From assembly GCF_003367075.2 (NCBI RefSeq), contig NZ_CP065936.1, positions 690,001 to 722,000 on the forward strand: 32,000 nucleotides of DNA. Reading direction: 5' to 3'. The stretch comes from Cylindrospermopsis raciborskii Cr2010. Its GTDB lineage: Bacteria; Cyanobacteriota; Cyanobacteriia; Cyanobacteriales; Nostocaceae. A model generated the notes under the pieces. The model had not been told where the DNA came from, made no database searches, and was given only the letters and a program-made list of their open reading frames with translations. Position numbers and translations under genes: made by a program. Below, piece by piece: positions 1-9,491 of the stretch (positions are counted from its first letter, which is position 1; each line of letters begins with the position of its first letter).

Positions 1-292
1 GAGGAGTGAAAAGGTTAGGGATAGATGAAATAGCCTTGGTCAAAGGACAAGGAAACTATTTAGCAGTATTGGTAGATTTAGATACTCGAAAACCTATCGA
101 AATAGTGAAAACAAGAAGGATAGAAGATATACGTGAAGTCCTTACAGGGTGGGGATTAGAGGCACTGGAGCAAATACAAGAAGTGAGTATTGATATGTGG
201 TCTCCTTACAAAAGTTTGGTAGAAGAATTAATGCCCAATGCTAATATAACAGCAGATAGATTTCATGTAATGAAACAGGTAAATGATGAATT

Positions 293-1433
293 AGACATCT
301 CCGGAAATAGCCAAAGCGTTACCAATACTACTTTTTAAGGTGAGACACCCCAATACAAAAGTAGCTAGCTGGTATGTTAAAATAAGCGTTAGAGATGCCT
401 CTTGTTGGGAATTAACCAAAAGATAACACCTATCTGAGATAATTTATTTTTAGCCAAGTCCAAATCTTGATAACTAAAATAAGTAGGTTCCCATTCGGAA
501 ACGAACAAGTCCACAAATAGTCATGATTACCTGTTCATACTTACTTGAATTTAATCGAAATCTTTCTTGTGCCACTCTGAATATTTTCACTACACGAATT
601 AAATGTTCAACAAAAATTCGTTCGGAAGCTAACTCTTTATTTTTTTCTTTTTGTTCAGACGTTAATTCTTGGTTTTTAGGTTTTTTTGTCGGAGTTTTCA
701 TTAACTCCTCTCCTTGATAAGCTTTATCACCACTAAATTTTTGTTTTTTATCAAATATATTTCTGGTTTCACGGAATAAATTTACATCACTTTTTGGACC
801 AGGTTTACCCGCTACTACATCAACAATATCTTTACCATTTGGTAAAACGATTAGTTGACTTTTTCTAGTATGACAGGCTTTTTTACCTGAATAATATTTT
901 TTTTGTTCTTGGTACTCTCCAGGTCTGTCTATAGGCTGTTCATAGCTATCCACTATTAACTCAAATTCTGTTAATATTTCTTTAACGACTTCGTAATCAC
1001 TGGAGTTTTTTTTTACCTGTTCTAGCAAACTTGGTGGCAATAATTCTCCTATTATTGGCAACCAATAGTTAAAGATATCATTTGCAGTTGTTTCACTTAC
1101 TCCAAATTGAATACCTAGTAGCTGAAATGTTGTTAACTGCCGTAAATATGTTAATGTTAAGATTATTTGCTCCGACGGTGATAATTTGGGTTTGCGCCCT
1201 CCACCGCCTTGAATAATTCGGGTTTTTTTTGATTCAACCAATTGTTGTTTCTGATGATGCAGTTTTATGGCTTTTTCCAAAAGTTGCTGTAACTGCTCAT
1301 ACTTCAGACCCAATAAACGGTGTGATTCGTGAGGATTATTCTGGATATATTCAGATATGTTGCTCATAATAAGTTGCCAAAAATACCATTTCATATTATT
1401 TTATCACACTTTGATTCTTTTTCGGAGATGTCT
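293..1433 (-). mobile_element. IS5-like insertion sequence, about 1141 bp, with terminal inverted repeats AGACATCTCCG / CGGAGATGTCT and 3-bp target duplication ATT
   Basis: The left end AGACATCTCCG starts at 293 and the right end CGGAGATGTCT ends at 1433. ATT is duplicated at 290-292 and 1434-1436. The element contains the 306-aa transposase. Confidence 0.88.
474..1394 (-). CDS. IS5-like transposase (DDE_Tnp_4-type with N-terminal helix-turn-helix)
   Basis: 306 aa: GGGGRKPKLSPSEQIILTLTYLRQLTTFQLLGIQFGVSETTANDIF..., DSYEQPIDRP, GKKACHTRKSQLIV, GDKAYQGEE, ERIFVEHLIRVVKIFRV. Likely start at the internal MSNISEYIQ. Confidence 0.85.
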   Translation of the reverse strand: MKWYFWQLIMSNISEYIQNNPHESHRLLGLKYEQLQQLLEKAIKLHHQKQQLVESKKTRIIQGGGGRKPKLSPSEQIILTLTYLRQLTTFQLLGIQFGVSETTANDIFNYWLPIIGELLPPSLLEQVKKNSSDYEVVKEILTEFELIVDSYEQPIDRPGEYQEQKKYYSGKKACHTRKSQLIVLPNGKDIVDVVAGKPGPKSDVNLFRETRNIFDKKQKFSGDKAYQGEELMKTPTKKPKNQELTSEQKEKNKELASERIFVEHLIRVVKIFRVAQERFRLNSSKYEQVIMTICGLVRFRMGTYLF

Positions 1434-1981
1434 ATTAGATAATATGCGTAAAACAGAGAAGAAAGCAGCAACATCTTTACCAAATGAATCAGGAAAAAAG
1501 AGAATATTAGCTGGATTAAATAAAAGTAAATATAGCCTAATTAAAAATGAAGACTCACTCAACGAAGAGCTAAAAGAACGTTTAAAATCAGTCCAGTCAG
1601 TTTCTCCCACTCTAGCCAAGATGCACTCCTTAAAAGAAAAATTCAGAGAAATCTTTGAACTCTCCACAAATTGGGGAGACAGCATCATTGATTTATTAGA
1701 TTGGATGCACGATGCCAAGTCTTTTTTCCCAAAAACTATTGGGACTATGATTAGATGGTTTGGAGAAATAGTCGGTTATTTTGATGGCAGAACTACGAGT
1801 GGTACTGTGGAAGGTATTAATAATAAACTCAAGTTGATTAAACGACTGGGATATGGATTTCGTAACTTCAACAATTTTCGTTTACGCAGTTTATTACACT
1901 GGCACTTTTCTATTAATTCTCCATAAAACAGGCGCAAGAACCAATTAGTCTAAAGTCCAAGTCTTTACCCATGTATCAAAT

Positions 1982-4900
1982 TCAAACTATTCTTTCTATT
2001 ACAACATAGGTAGAAAATTTGACACAATACTTGCCGCCTTTTTTGACCAAAAAATTCATACCCATGTCAAAGATGACCTTATATTCCTTGTCATCTTTAA
2101 GGTGGATTTTTAGAGTACGTCCGTGAGGAACTTCATAACGTTTACAAGATGGTTTTACATCCACTTTTAAATTATCCTTGTTACCTTGAAGTCGAGAAAA
2201 AACTTTTGTCAAATCGTGCTGGAGATTGTTAGTTTCATCATCATTAGCAGTTACAATATTTACAATAGATTGGTCATCGAAATTGCTTACTTGCAAGAGG
2301 TCAACAAGAATTTCAGAACCAGGCACCTTCAAGTAGCGATCAGAATAAACAACCTTTGACACCATACTTCCCAATAAAACCGCCTCTATTCCGAGTTTTT
2401 TTCTTAATTCTGATATGCTGAAATCATTGCGCCACTCTCTTTCAGAAGGATTTATAGAAATCACAGTAGTATTTGGGTCTTCAAACTCAGAAGTTTCAAC
2501 TATTCTTGCTTGAGAACGTAAATTTTCTAAGCGAGTAAAAACTGTTGCGACCCCTTCTCTACTTCGCGTTTGAAACCATACAGACGGTTTACCTTTTGCA
2601 GACAGATGTAATGAGAATGCAGTGCCGTTGTTTTTGTTATAATTTAAACATAGAGTTGGACCCGACTCAACAGGGGACTGATAAAGTTTTACTAAACCTT
2701 GGTCTATCCACTCCTGTAAGCGTTTTTGCCATACTTTTAGGTGACTCTGCTTGTTTAACTTTACGTTCTCATCATATAGTGGTAACTTATTAACAATTAG
2801 TTCCAGGGGTTTGTTATGAAGTTTAAGTGAATAAACTACAGTTGTAATTAGATTTAACCAAGATAATGTTGAACCGTTATTCAAACCATATTCATCCGTT
2901 AGTTGTGGCAAATAAATTAGGGTATCTGGTGCAACCGTTCGGCAAAGCGTAGGTAGGTTATCGGCCATTAAAGATAAAGTAACTCGATTGGCATTAGGAG
3001 CAAAGTTTTGCAAATCGGTATCTGGACTTACTTGCTCCACTATAGGCATGAGAAAATCTGCTACTAAGTGGCGGTTTAATTGGGTATGAAATGGCTGGTT
3101 GGAATAAGTTTGCAGACAGTCATAACAACTGGTTTCACAAGTACAGGATACAACAATTTTCAGTGCCATTTTCAAAACTTCATCAAAACATTCAGCAATT
3201 CGGCGACTATATCCTGCTCCCCCCGGAACATCGTCATAAATAATAATGTTGGCACATCTATCTTTTCGTGGTTCAAATAAACCATTTAATTCGGAGCGAG
3301 GCACATCAATGACTTGAGATGATGCTGCTAACAATGCATAAGTAAGAGAACGCCAAAACTCCAAACCTCGAGTGTGATTTTTGAGATTAGTCATAATTTC
3401 CCCGTCATCTTCGTATTCTCCATCCCCACCAAATAAAGGTATAGGGTTTGTTCTGGCATTAAAAGCTACCTTCAGCAAATCACTGCAAAATTCATGTCCC
3501 AGATGTATAAAAGAGTATCTACCTCTACCTTCACAAAATTTACCTGTAATGGGATGAGTATGAGTATAAGTAATTAGTGATGATTGAGAATTCCTTGAGG
3601 AATTTTTACCAGATCCTTTTTTGCTTTTTTTATTATTATCCCGTTCTTTCCGAACTAAATCACTGAGGTCACGTCCACAGAAATCACAAATTGCAAACCC
3701 CTGCTTATCAAAACCTTTACCATTTCCCAAAGAACCCTGATTTGCTAGGAAAAAATTTCCTCCTTTGCTAACAGTAAGACTGTAAAGTTCTGAAGGGTGA
3801 AGGGTTTCTGAAGTGTCCCCGTCATTGATTAAGAAAATTTGCGATATGGGTTGACGCTGTGGTTTAATGTACGGTGTAACTTTGGGAACATTTTCCCAAT
3901 CAGTTAAAAATGTTTTAGGAATTTTGTAAAGCTTCTTTTTTTTGGCAGCAGATGAAGATGGTTCACGTCTGCAAACCGGACAGTTCTCTACTGGATCATC
4001 TTGTTTATCAGAACGAATAAAATAATTACAGTTCTGACAAACCCAATAATATTTATTTTCTAGTTCTCTGGGTTTGAGAATACCAACACTTTTATAAACT
4101 CGGTCATCAACAACTATTTCCTGATCTGGAGCGTATTCACCAAGTGCAAGACGACGATCTCGTTCTAATCTATGTCTTCCTTCTTTTGGGGAATTATAGA
4201 CATTACTCTCTCCAGTTAAAAGACGAACCACATCAATTGGAAAACCATAAATGGGTAAAATACTGGCTTGTGCTAGTTCATTATGTAGGAGACGATGAGC
4301 AATTTTTTCGATTTCAATCTCCAGGGCTTTAATATGATCCAAAGTCTTCTTCCTATCTTTCCTTTCAGAAGGATCGTTGAAACGCTGTTCCAGCTTGTAT
4401 ATGACTTCAGCTAAACTATCCCAATCTTTTAGTTGTTGCTCCTGAAACTTATCAAGCTCCTGGGCAAATTCATCTATTATTGTGTTAGTTTGGTTTTCTG
4501 AAGCACCTAACCGATTTAACCAAAGTGCAGTGAGACTTGCTACTACATCAGTTCTCAGCCAAGCTTGTAATTTACAAATCATGGCTTCAACAGAAGGAAT
4601 CAATTTTTCAGAAGCAGCTGGATTTTCTCTTGGTAAATCTGGTAAATCCAAAAATTTTGCTATCGTCACTTCTTCAGCACTCAAATTCCAATTGTTTCGC
4701 AAGAAGTCAGCTAATAATTCAGCTCGAATATGACGCTGCTGTATTTGGAAGTTGTCAGAATCGAGCTTGGGAATTTGATTGTTACCAGCAATTAACTGTT
4801 TGGGTTGCTCAAAATAAAAGCGGTCATGGGGACGACGTTGGCCATACATCAATGTAATAGCTACACCATCTGTGCGACGACCAGCACGTCCAGCACGCTG

Positions 4901-7900
4901 TTGGTAATTGTTAACATGGGGAGGAAAGTTACGGAGGACTACTGCTTGCAGTTCACCAATATCCACACCCATTTCTAATGTTGTTGAACAACTTAGCATA
5001 TTGATACGACCTTGGCGAAAACGATTTTCACGTTTTTCTAGTTCCGCAGGGCTAAGTTGTGCTGTATGTTCTTGCGCTCGTAGTGCCAAGGGTGAGTGCT
5101 TTGTGATTAAGTACTTTTGGTAATGTTCAGTTATGGACTGTTCAATTTTTTCAGGAGTATGAGGCTCAAGAGTTCCAGGACATTTATAAGCTGGACATAT
5201 TCGTACCCGCAGTTTAGGGTCAGTAATTTTTACTAAACCTGGAATATGAAAAACCTGCTGACAGCAATTGCATTTGTACCAGTCTTGCTGCGTTTCAATA
5301 ATATTTATTAGGTTCCAGTTAAGTTGAAATCCGTTCCTAGCTTTAACAAGTAAGTCAAACTTTTTAAGTTGTTCGAAAAGCCAGATAAAATGTTCTCTTG
5401 TAGGAAATTTTTCTGGCTCAAATATCTTATAAAAATACCAACCTATACGATTCTGTTTTGAACTAGTTTTACCATCTTGATTCCACCGTGGTAAAAAGAC
5501 TGGATAATTCTTTTTAGAATTTTTATTCTCCGGTGGTTTCTCTAGAAACAAATAATTTTTTGATCTACCTTGAACATCTATCATTTCAGGACGACCACCC
5601 TCAAAACCCCCTGTTTCTGGAAAGTAATTAGATGAACCTTCGATACTGACAATTCCAGTGCGGCGAATAATATCTGTCAAAGCGGTCAATATAATAATAG
5701 CTTCATTGTTAGTTATTGCAAATTTACTTGCAACCAATTCAATCAGGTTATTGTCTAAGTCTATATGACAAGTTAACAGTGCAAACGCTTCTAGAGTTAA
5801 ACGACGATTAAAAGGGAGAGCAAATTCTCTAACTAATATTTCTTTGGCACGTTTCTCAGCTAAAGTTTCTGCATCTATTTTGTTTTTTCTATCTTTCTGT
5901 TCGTCCTCTGGATCCATAGGACGATAGCTTGTGTAATTCAAATCTGATTTTCTGTCAGGATGAGGGATAGAAACTTCTAGAAATTTTCCTTTCAGTTCAT
6001 TAATTACTTGAGTAACAGATGTGACACCCTCATCATTCTTGATTCTTCGAAATGCTCGCCAAAGCATCTGACGATACACTATTTCAGTATGGGTACGTTG
6101 ATAATCTGAAGCAAAAAATGCTGCATCCTGACGACCATCAGAAAAAGTTAACAATTTCCGCTTTGAGGAGTTGTTTCCAATCTTTTCTGGTTCAGGTAGT
6201 AACTCAAAGAGACTATCAAGCATTGCTTCTAATGCTCCATCAGTATAAGTTACAAAGCGGTTAATTGCTAAATTAGTTCGTCCAATGCCAGCACCACAAG
6301 CCGCACATCTATTTAAATAACACCCATCCTGATTTTTATCATCATTTTTACGATGCCATGCTAGATATAATTCATTTTCAGATCGTTCTTTTGGTGCAAA
6401 TTCTTCATTTGATACTTTACCAATCCAGCCATTCTTTTGTAGTTCAAATTTAAAAGTTTTTATGGTTGGTTGTTGATATTCTTCATCCTCATCAATTTCA
6501 TCTTCCTCTGTTATACTGTCTAAATTGCCTGATGTTAATGTATAAATTTTGGTATTTTCCTTCAATGCTTGAATCGCTCTAGGTAAAGATTGCAATTCTC
6601 CAGAATCTTGACGCTGTGTAAATACATAAGCTTGACCGCATTGAGAACAACTGCCCAATTCTAATACGGGGGAAGCACAGCATTCACAAATCTTCTTATC
6701 ATTCAAATAAAGTTGCCCATATCGGACTTGACGCTCTGGATAATCTGGATGGCGCACTACTCCCAAACATTCAGGATTAATACAGGCATAAAGTCCTTCC
6801 AAGCTACGAAATAAAAGATGCAATCTTACTGGTAACAAAGGTAAATCGTCTGGATTCTCACGAGCCAAAGTACCTAATCGAAGTAGGTTAGCTAAAGCTA
6901 CTTTGGCATCGATATCATCAACATTTCCATCTAATTTAATTGGTAAATCTATACCCCATAATTCTTGAGAGCAGACAATTTGCTCCCAAGGTTGAGGGTC
7001 AGTGATCAGTATCTTAATCAGTCGTTGTATTACAGGATGTTGCTTAAGAACTAACCATAGAAATTTGTGGATTTTCCAGCTATGTTCTTTTAATGGCAAT
7101 CCTGCTGCAAGTTGTAAATGTGCTGCTTGTAATTCTTGCTCAGGTACAATAGCACTAAGTTGGTCATACCATTGATTTATTGGAGCATTAATTTCTGGTA
7201 TTTCCAGAATGCTTAAATACTGTAAAATATCTTCACTAATTACTTCATGAGGTAGATTATAAGGATTACCTAATCGGGCTTCAGCAGTGAGACGCTGACC
7301 CCGAATTACTTGACCAAAAGATTCACCAAAAAGTTCTTTTGCAAATTCCAAAACTTGCTTATCAACTGACTCATCCCCTAGGCTAGCACTAGTGGCAATG
7401 CAACGAATTTTACCTTTTTCATTGACTCCTACGGAAGCTTTAAAACGTTCTATAAGCATGGAAACTTCACTACCGGTTGCACCATTATAGGTGTGAGCTT
7501 CGTCTACTACTAACATTTTGAAAATATTTTCCGAAGCATTAAAAATATCTTTTCGCTCCTTCGGGCGAATTAACATATGTTCCAGCATTGAATAGTTAGT
7601 AATCAAAATATGAGGCGGTGAATCCCATATTTCTTGCCGTGATATTAGTTGTACCTGGGTAGTTTTCTCAATAGCTTTGTCAATTAATTCATCTTCTTTT
7701 ACGGATTCTTTTTCATTCTGGTCAAATAATTGCCATAGTTCTTTGGGATCATAAGCCTCAAATTCTTCCCTGATAGATTCTATTGCTTTTTGTTTATCTT
7801 TCTTAGTACGGCTGGTATAAAATCCAAATTTAATTTTGGCTATCTTTTGACGACATAATAGCTGTCGTAACCGTTTAACTTGGTCATTGACCAAAGCGTT

Positions 7901-8353
7901 CATTGGGTATAAAATTAATATGCGAACCCCAGCTAAGGATAAGTTATCTTCTTCCTTCAACAAAGTATTAAGCATAGGTATAATGAAACACTCTGTTTTC
8001 CCTGAACCTGTACCAGTAGCAACGACTATATTTTGCTGGTGTTCGAGAACGGCAAGGATAGCTTTTTCTTGATGTTCGTACAATCGACGATTACTGGGTG
8101 TAAATAGTGTTGCCATCTCAGGATGTAAAACACCTTCGGTAACTAACTGTTCAACACTGCGACTTGAACAATAAGGCTGAGAACCTTCAAGGTAAGGGTG
8201 TTGCCATAGATTTCCTGGTTGCTCTAGTAGCTGTTTGAAGCCATGGCGTAAGTGCGGGTCACGGAGGGGATAGTTTGTGAGTAGGTAGCGGATGAAGTCC
8301 TCACGGGTTTTTTCAACTGCTGCTTTTGGATCTAGATCTAGATATTTAGTCAT
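1982..8353 (-). CDS. Giant DEAD/DEAH-box superfamily 2 helicase (2123 aa) with multiple Cys clusters and DUF1998-like C-terminal region; DruE-like
   Basis: Walker A VVATGTGSGKTE near the N-terminus; DEAH motif MLVVDEAHTY; CIATSAS; QRAGRAGRR; several CxxC zinc-ribbon-like pairs; CTCETSCYDCLQTYSNQPFHTQLNRH near the C-terminal third. The DruE resemblance is recalled family knowledge from architecture and size, not a search. Confidence 0.9.
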   Translation of the reverse strand: MTKYLDLDPKAAVEKTREDFIRYLLTNYPLRDPHLRHGFKQLLEQPGNLWQHPYLEGSQPYCSSRSVEQLVTEGVLHPEMATLFTPSNRRLYEHQEKAILAVLEHQQNIVVATGTGSGKTECFIIPMLNTLLKEEDNLSLAGVRILILYPMNALVNDQVKRLRQLLCRQKIAKIKFGFYTSRTKKDKQKAIESIREEFEAYDPKELWQLFDQNEKESVKEDELIDKAIEKTTQVQLISRQEIWDSPPHILITNYSMLEHMLIRPKERKDIFNASENIFKMLVVDEAHTYNGATGSEVSMLIERFKASVGVNEKGKIRCIATSASLGDESVDKQVLEFAKELFGESFGQVIRGQRLTAEARLGNPYNLPHEVISEDILQYLSILEIPEINAPINQWYDQLSAIVPEQELQAAHLQLAAGLPLKEHSWKIHKFLWLVLKQHPVIQRLIKILITDPQPWEQIVCSQELWGIDLPIKLDGNVDDIDAKVALANLLRLGTLARENPDDLPLLPVRLHLLFRSLEGLYACINPECLGVVRHPDYPERQVRYGQLYLNDKKICECCASPVLELGSCSQCGQAYVFTQRQDSGELQSLPRAIQALKENTKIYTLTSGNLDSITEEDEIDEDEEYQQPTIKTFKFELQKNGWIGKVSNEEFAPKERSENELYLAWHRKNDDKNQDGCYLNRCAACGAGIGRTNLAINRFVTYTDGALEAMLDSLFELLPEPEKIGNNSSKRKLLTFSDGRQDAAFFASDYQRTHTEIVYRQMLWRAFRRIKNDEGVTSVTQVINELKGKFLEVSIPHPDRKSDLNYTSYRPMDPEDEQKDRKNKIDAETLAEKRAKEILVREFALPFNRRLTLEAFALLTCHIDLDNNLIELVASKFAITNNEAIIILTALTDIIRRTGIVSIEGSSNYFPETGGFEGGRPEMIDVQGRSKNYLFLEKPPENKNSKKNYPVFLPRWNQDGKTSSKQNRIGWYFYKIFEPEKFPTREHFIWLFEQLKKFDLLVKARNGFQLNWNLINIIETQQDWYKCNCCQQVFHIPGLVKITDPKLRVRICPAYKCPGTLEPHTPEKIEQSITEHYQKYLITKHSPLALRAQEHTAQLSPAELEKRENRFRQGRINMLSCSTTLEMGVDIGELQAVVLRNFPPHVNNYQQRAGRAGRRTDGVAITLMYGQRRPHDRFYFEQPKQLIAGNNQIPKLDSDNFQIQQRHIRAELLADFLRNNWNLSAEEVTIAKFLDLPDLPRENPAASEKLIPSVEAMICKLQAWLRTDVVASLTALWLNRLGASENQTNTIIDEFAQELDKFQEQQLKDWDSLAEVIYKLEQRFNDPSERKDRKKTLDHIKALEIEIEKIAHRLLHNELAQASILPIYGFPIDVVRLLTGESNVYNSPKEGRHRLERDRRLALGEYAPDQEIVVDDRVYKSVGILKPRELENKYYWVCQNCNYFIRSDKQDDPVENCPVCRREPSSSAAKKKKLYKIPKTFLTDWENVPKVTPYIKPQRQPISQIFLINDGDTSETLHPSELYSLTVSKGGNFFLANQGSLGNGKGFDKQGFAICDFCGRDLSDLVRKERDNNKKSKKGSGKNSSRNSQSSLITYTHTHPITGKFCEGRGRYSFIHLGHEFCSDLLKVAFNARTNPIPLFGGDGEYEDDGEIMTNLKNHTRGLEFWRSLTYALLAASSQVIDVPRSELNGLFEPRKDRCANIIIYDDVPGGAGYSRRIAECFDEVLKMALKIVVSCTCETSCYDCLQTYSNQPFHTQLNRHLVADFLMPIVEQVSPDTDLQNFAPNANRVTLSLMADNLPTLCRTVAPDTLIYLPQLTDEYGLNNGSTLSWLNLITTVVYSLKLHNKPLELIVNKLPLYDENVKLNKQSHLKVWQKRLQEWIDQGLVKLYQSPVESGPTLCLNYNKNNGTAFSLHLSAKGKPSVWFQTRSREGVATVFTRLENLRSQARIVETSEFEDPNTTVISINPSEREWRNDFSISELRKKLGIEAVLLGSMVSKVVYSDRYLKVPGSEILVDLLQVSNFDDQSIVNIVTANDDETNNLQHDLTKVFSRLQGNKDNLKVDVKPSCKRYEVPHGRTLKIHLKDDKEYKVIFDMGMNFLVKKGGKYCVKFSTYVVIERIV

Positions 8354-8572
8354 ACTGATAACTGTTGAATATTAAAAAATCTGGAATAAAATTTGCCTAA
8401 AATATGTTACGACTTGACTTGAGCAATCTATATCAATCACTCATTATACGTATTATACACTCATTTCCGAAAATTGTCAAGGTATAATGTTGAGATTTTC
8501 ACCTTTGATAGGACTACTATAACTCAATATGTAAATATGTGAAGTTTCGTAACAATGTTTGACATTTCTGAG

Positions 8573-9487
8573 TCATACTAATTTAGCTCCTAAACGTTGA
8601 AATACTTCTTTAACAAGCAACCAGTTTTTTGATTCAAAATTTCGGGTTCTGTATTCTTCGCCAGCAGGTTGAGAAATATCCCATAACCATCGTTCATAGT
8701 TACTGGGGAGATAAATACTCTTCAACTTCAGTCTTCCAGCTGGTTCATCCCAACTTATTTTCAAAGGATACCCCATTTGTTGGTCCTGGTAAAACATGGC
8801 TAAAATAGCTAAATCTGGTTCTAATTCATAAAAAGTTTGGTCTTGAAACCAAATATATTCTCCCGTTGGTAAGCGTAATATATCTTCATTTTTAATACCT
8901 TCATAACTAAGATTCCGCCAGCGGTCTTTTTGTGGTGCATCACAGGGTGCATACAGCTGGATTTGCCAGTTTTTGAGGAAAAACGGATCTTCTGTCCAAG
9001 TGGAACGCAATTCGGATTTCAATGGTTTTCGAGGTTTTTGTAAATAATCTAGGCTATCTGAAATGATTAGCAAAGAAATACCGACTTGAGACAAGCGATA
9101 TTTAATTCTATTAAAATGCTTGTTTTTCGGCCGCAATATCAGAGGCTTTTGAGGATTTTGTTGACTGTCTAGTACTTTGTGCGCCAGAGTCAAATAAGCG
9201 CGATCGCCTCTAAATAACAAAGTTGTTAAATCTTCTCGATTTTTGGCTAAAACAGTGGGTAAAGCCATGCAGTAAAAGTTTCGTTTTCCTGCGACCACTT
9301 CTCCTTCAGATTCCAACTGTTTGAGAGCATTTTGGATTTGAGTTATCAGATTATCTTGAGATTCATTGGGAGAAATACTCGTGCCTAATAATGAAATGAT
9401 TTGATGTTTGGTTAAAGGCAATGGCATCTTCAAATTTTTTGGATTACGATGATTACTTAGCAATCTAGTGATTTTTTCAGTTAACAT
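8573..9487 (-). CDS. Uncharacterised 304-aa protein in the helicase block, putative N-terminal winged-helix domain
   Basis: Intact ORF starting 4 nt after the stop of the 993-aa ORF. N-terminus LTKHQIISLLGTSIS...LITQIQNALKQLESEGEVVAGKRNFYCM looks like a winged helix. The C-terminus YERWLWDISQPAGEEYRTRNFESKNWLLVKEVFQRLG has no family I recognise. Confidence 0.75.
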   Translation of the reverse strand: MLTEKITRLLSNHRNPKNLKMPLPLTKHQIISLLGTSISPNESQDNLITQIQNALKQLESEGEVVAGKRNFYCMALPTVLAKNREDLTTLLFRGDRAYLTLAHKVLDSQQNPQKPLILRPKNKHFNRIKYRLSQVGISLLIISDSLDYLQKPRKPLKSELRSTWTEDPFFLKNWQIQLYAPCDAPQKDRWRNLSYEGIKNEDILRLPTGEYIWFQDQTFYELEPDLAILAMFYQDQQMGYPLKISWDEPAGRLKLKSIYLPSNYERWLWDISQPAGEEYRTRNFESKNWLLVKEVFQRLGAKLV

Positions 9488-9491
9488 AGTT

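Larger units (their letters stand above)
1..1926 (+). pseudogene. ISL3-like family transposase, 5' end outside the window, interrupted by a nested IS element at 293-1433
   Basis: The 6..338 ORF starts GIDEIALVKGQGNYLAVLVDLDTRKPIEI...SIDMWSPYKSLVEELMPNANITADRFHVMKQVNDELD. The 1357..1926 ORF carries the C-terminal part (NMRKTEKK...RTTSGTVEGINNKLKLIKRLGYGFRNFNNFRLR). Removing 293-1433 plus one ATT copy joins them in frame as VNDELDNMRKTEKK. Confidence 0.88.

Noticed and set aside
1357-1437. Upstream start of the 1357..1926 ORF as a real gene start
   Set aside because: The first 27 residues come from the IS right end. The real coding segment is the resumed ISL3-like transposase from 1437.
2545-8072. 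Plus-strand and other ORFs of 60-106 aa inside the helicase gene (e.g. 2545..2793, 4482..4733, 4537..4857, 7887..8072)
   Set aside because: Lie within a long conserved-motif-bearing ORF on the opposite strand, low-complexity or unfamiliar translations, no independent support.
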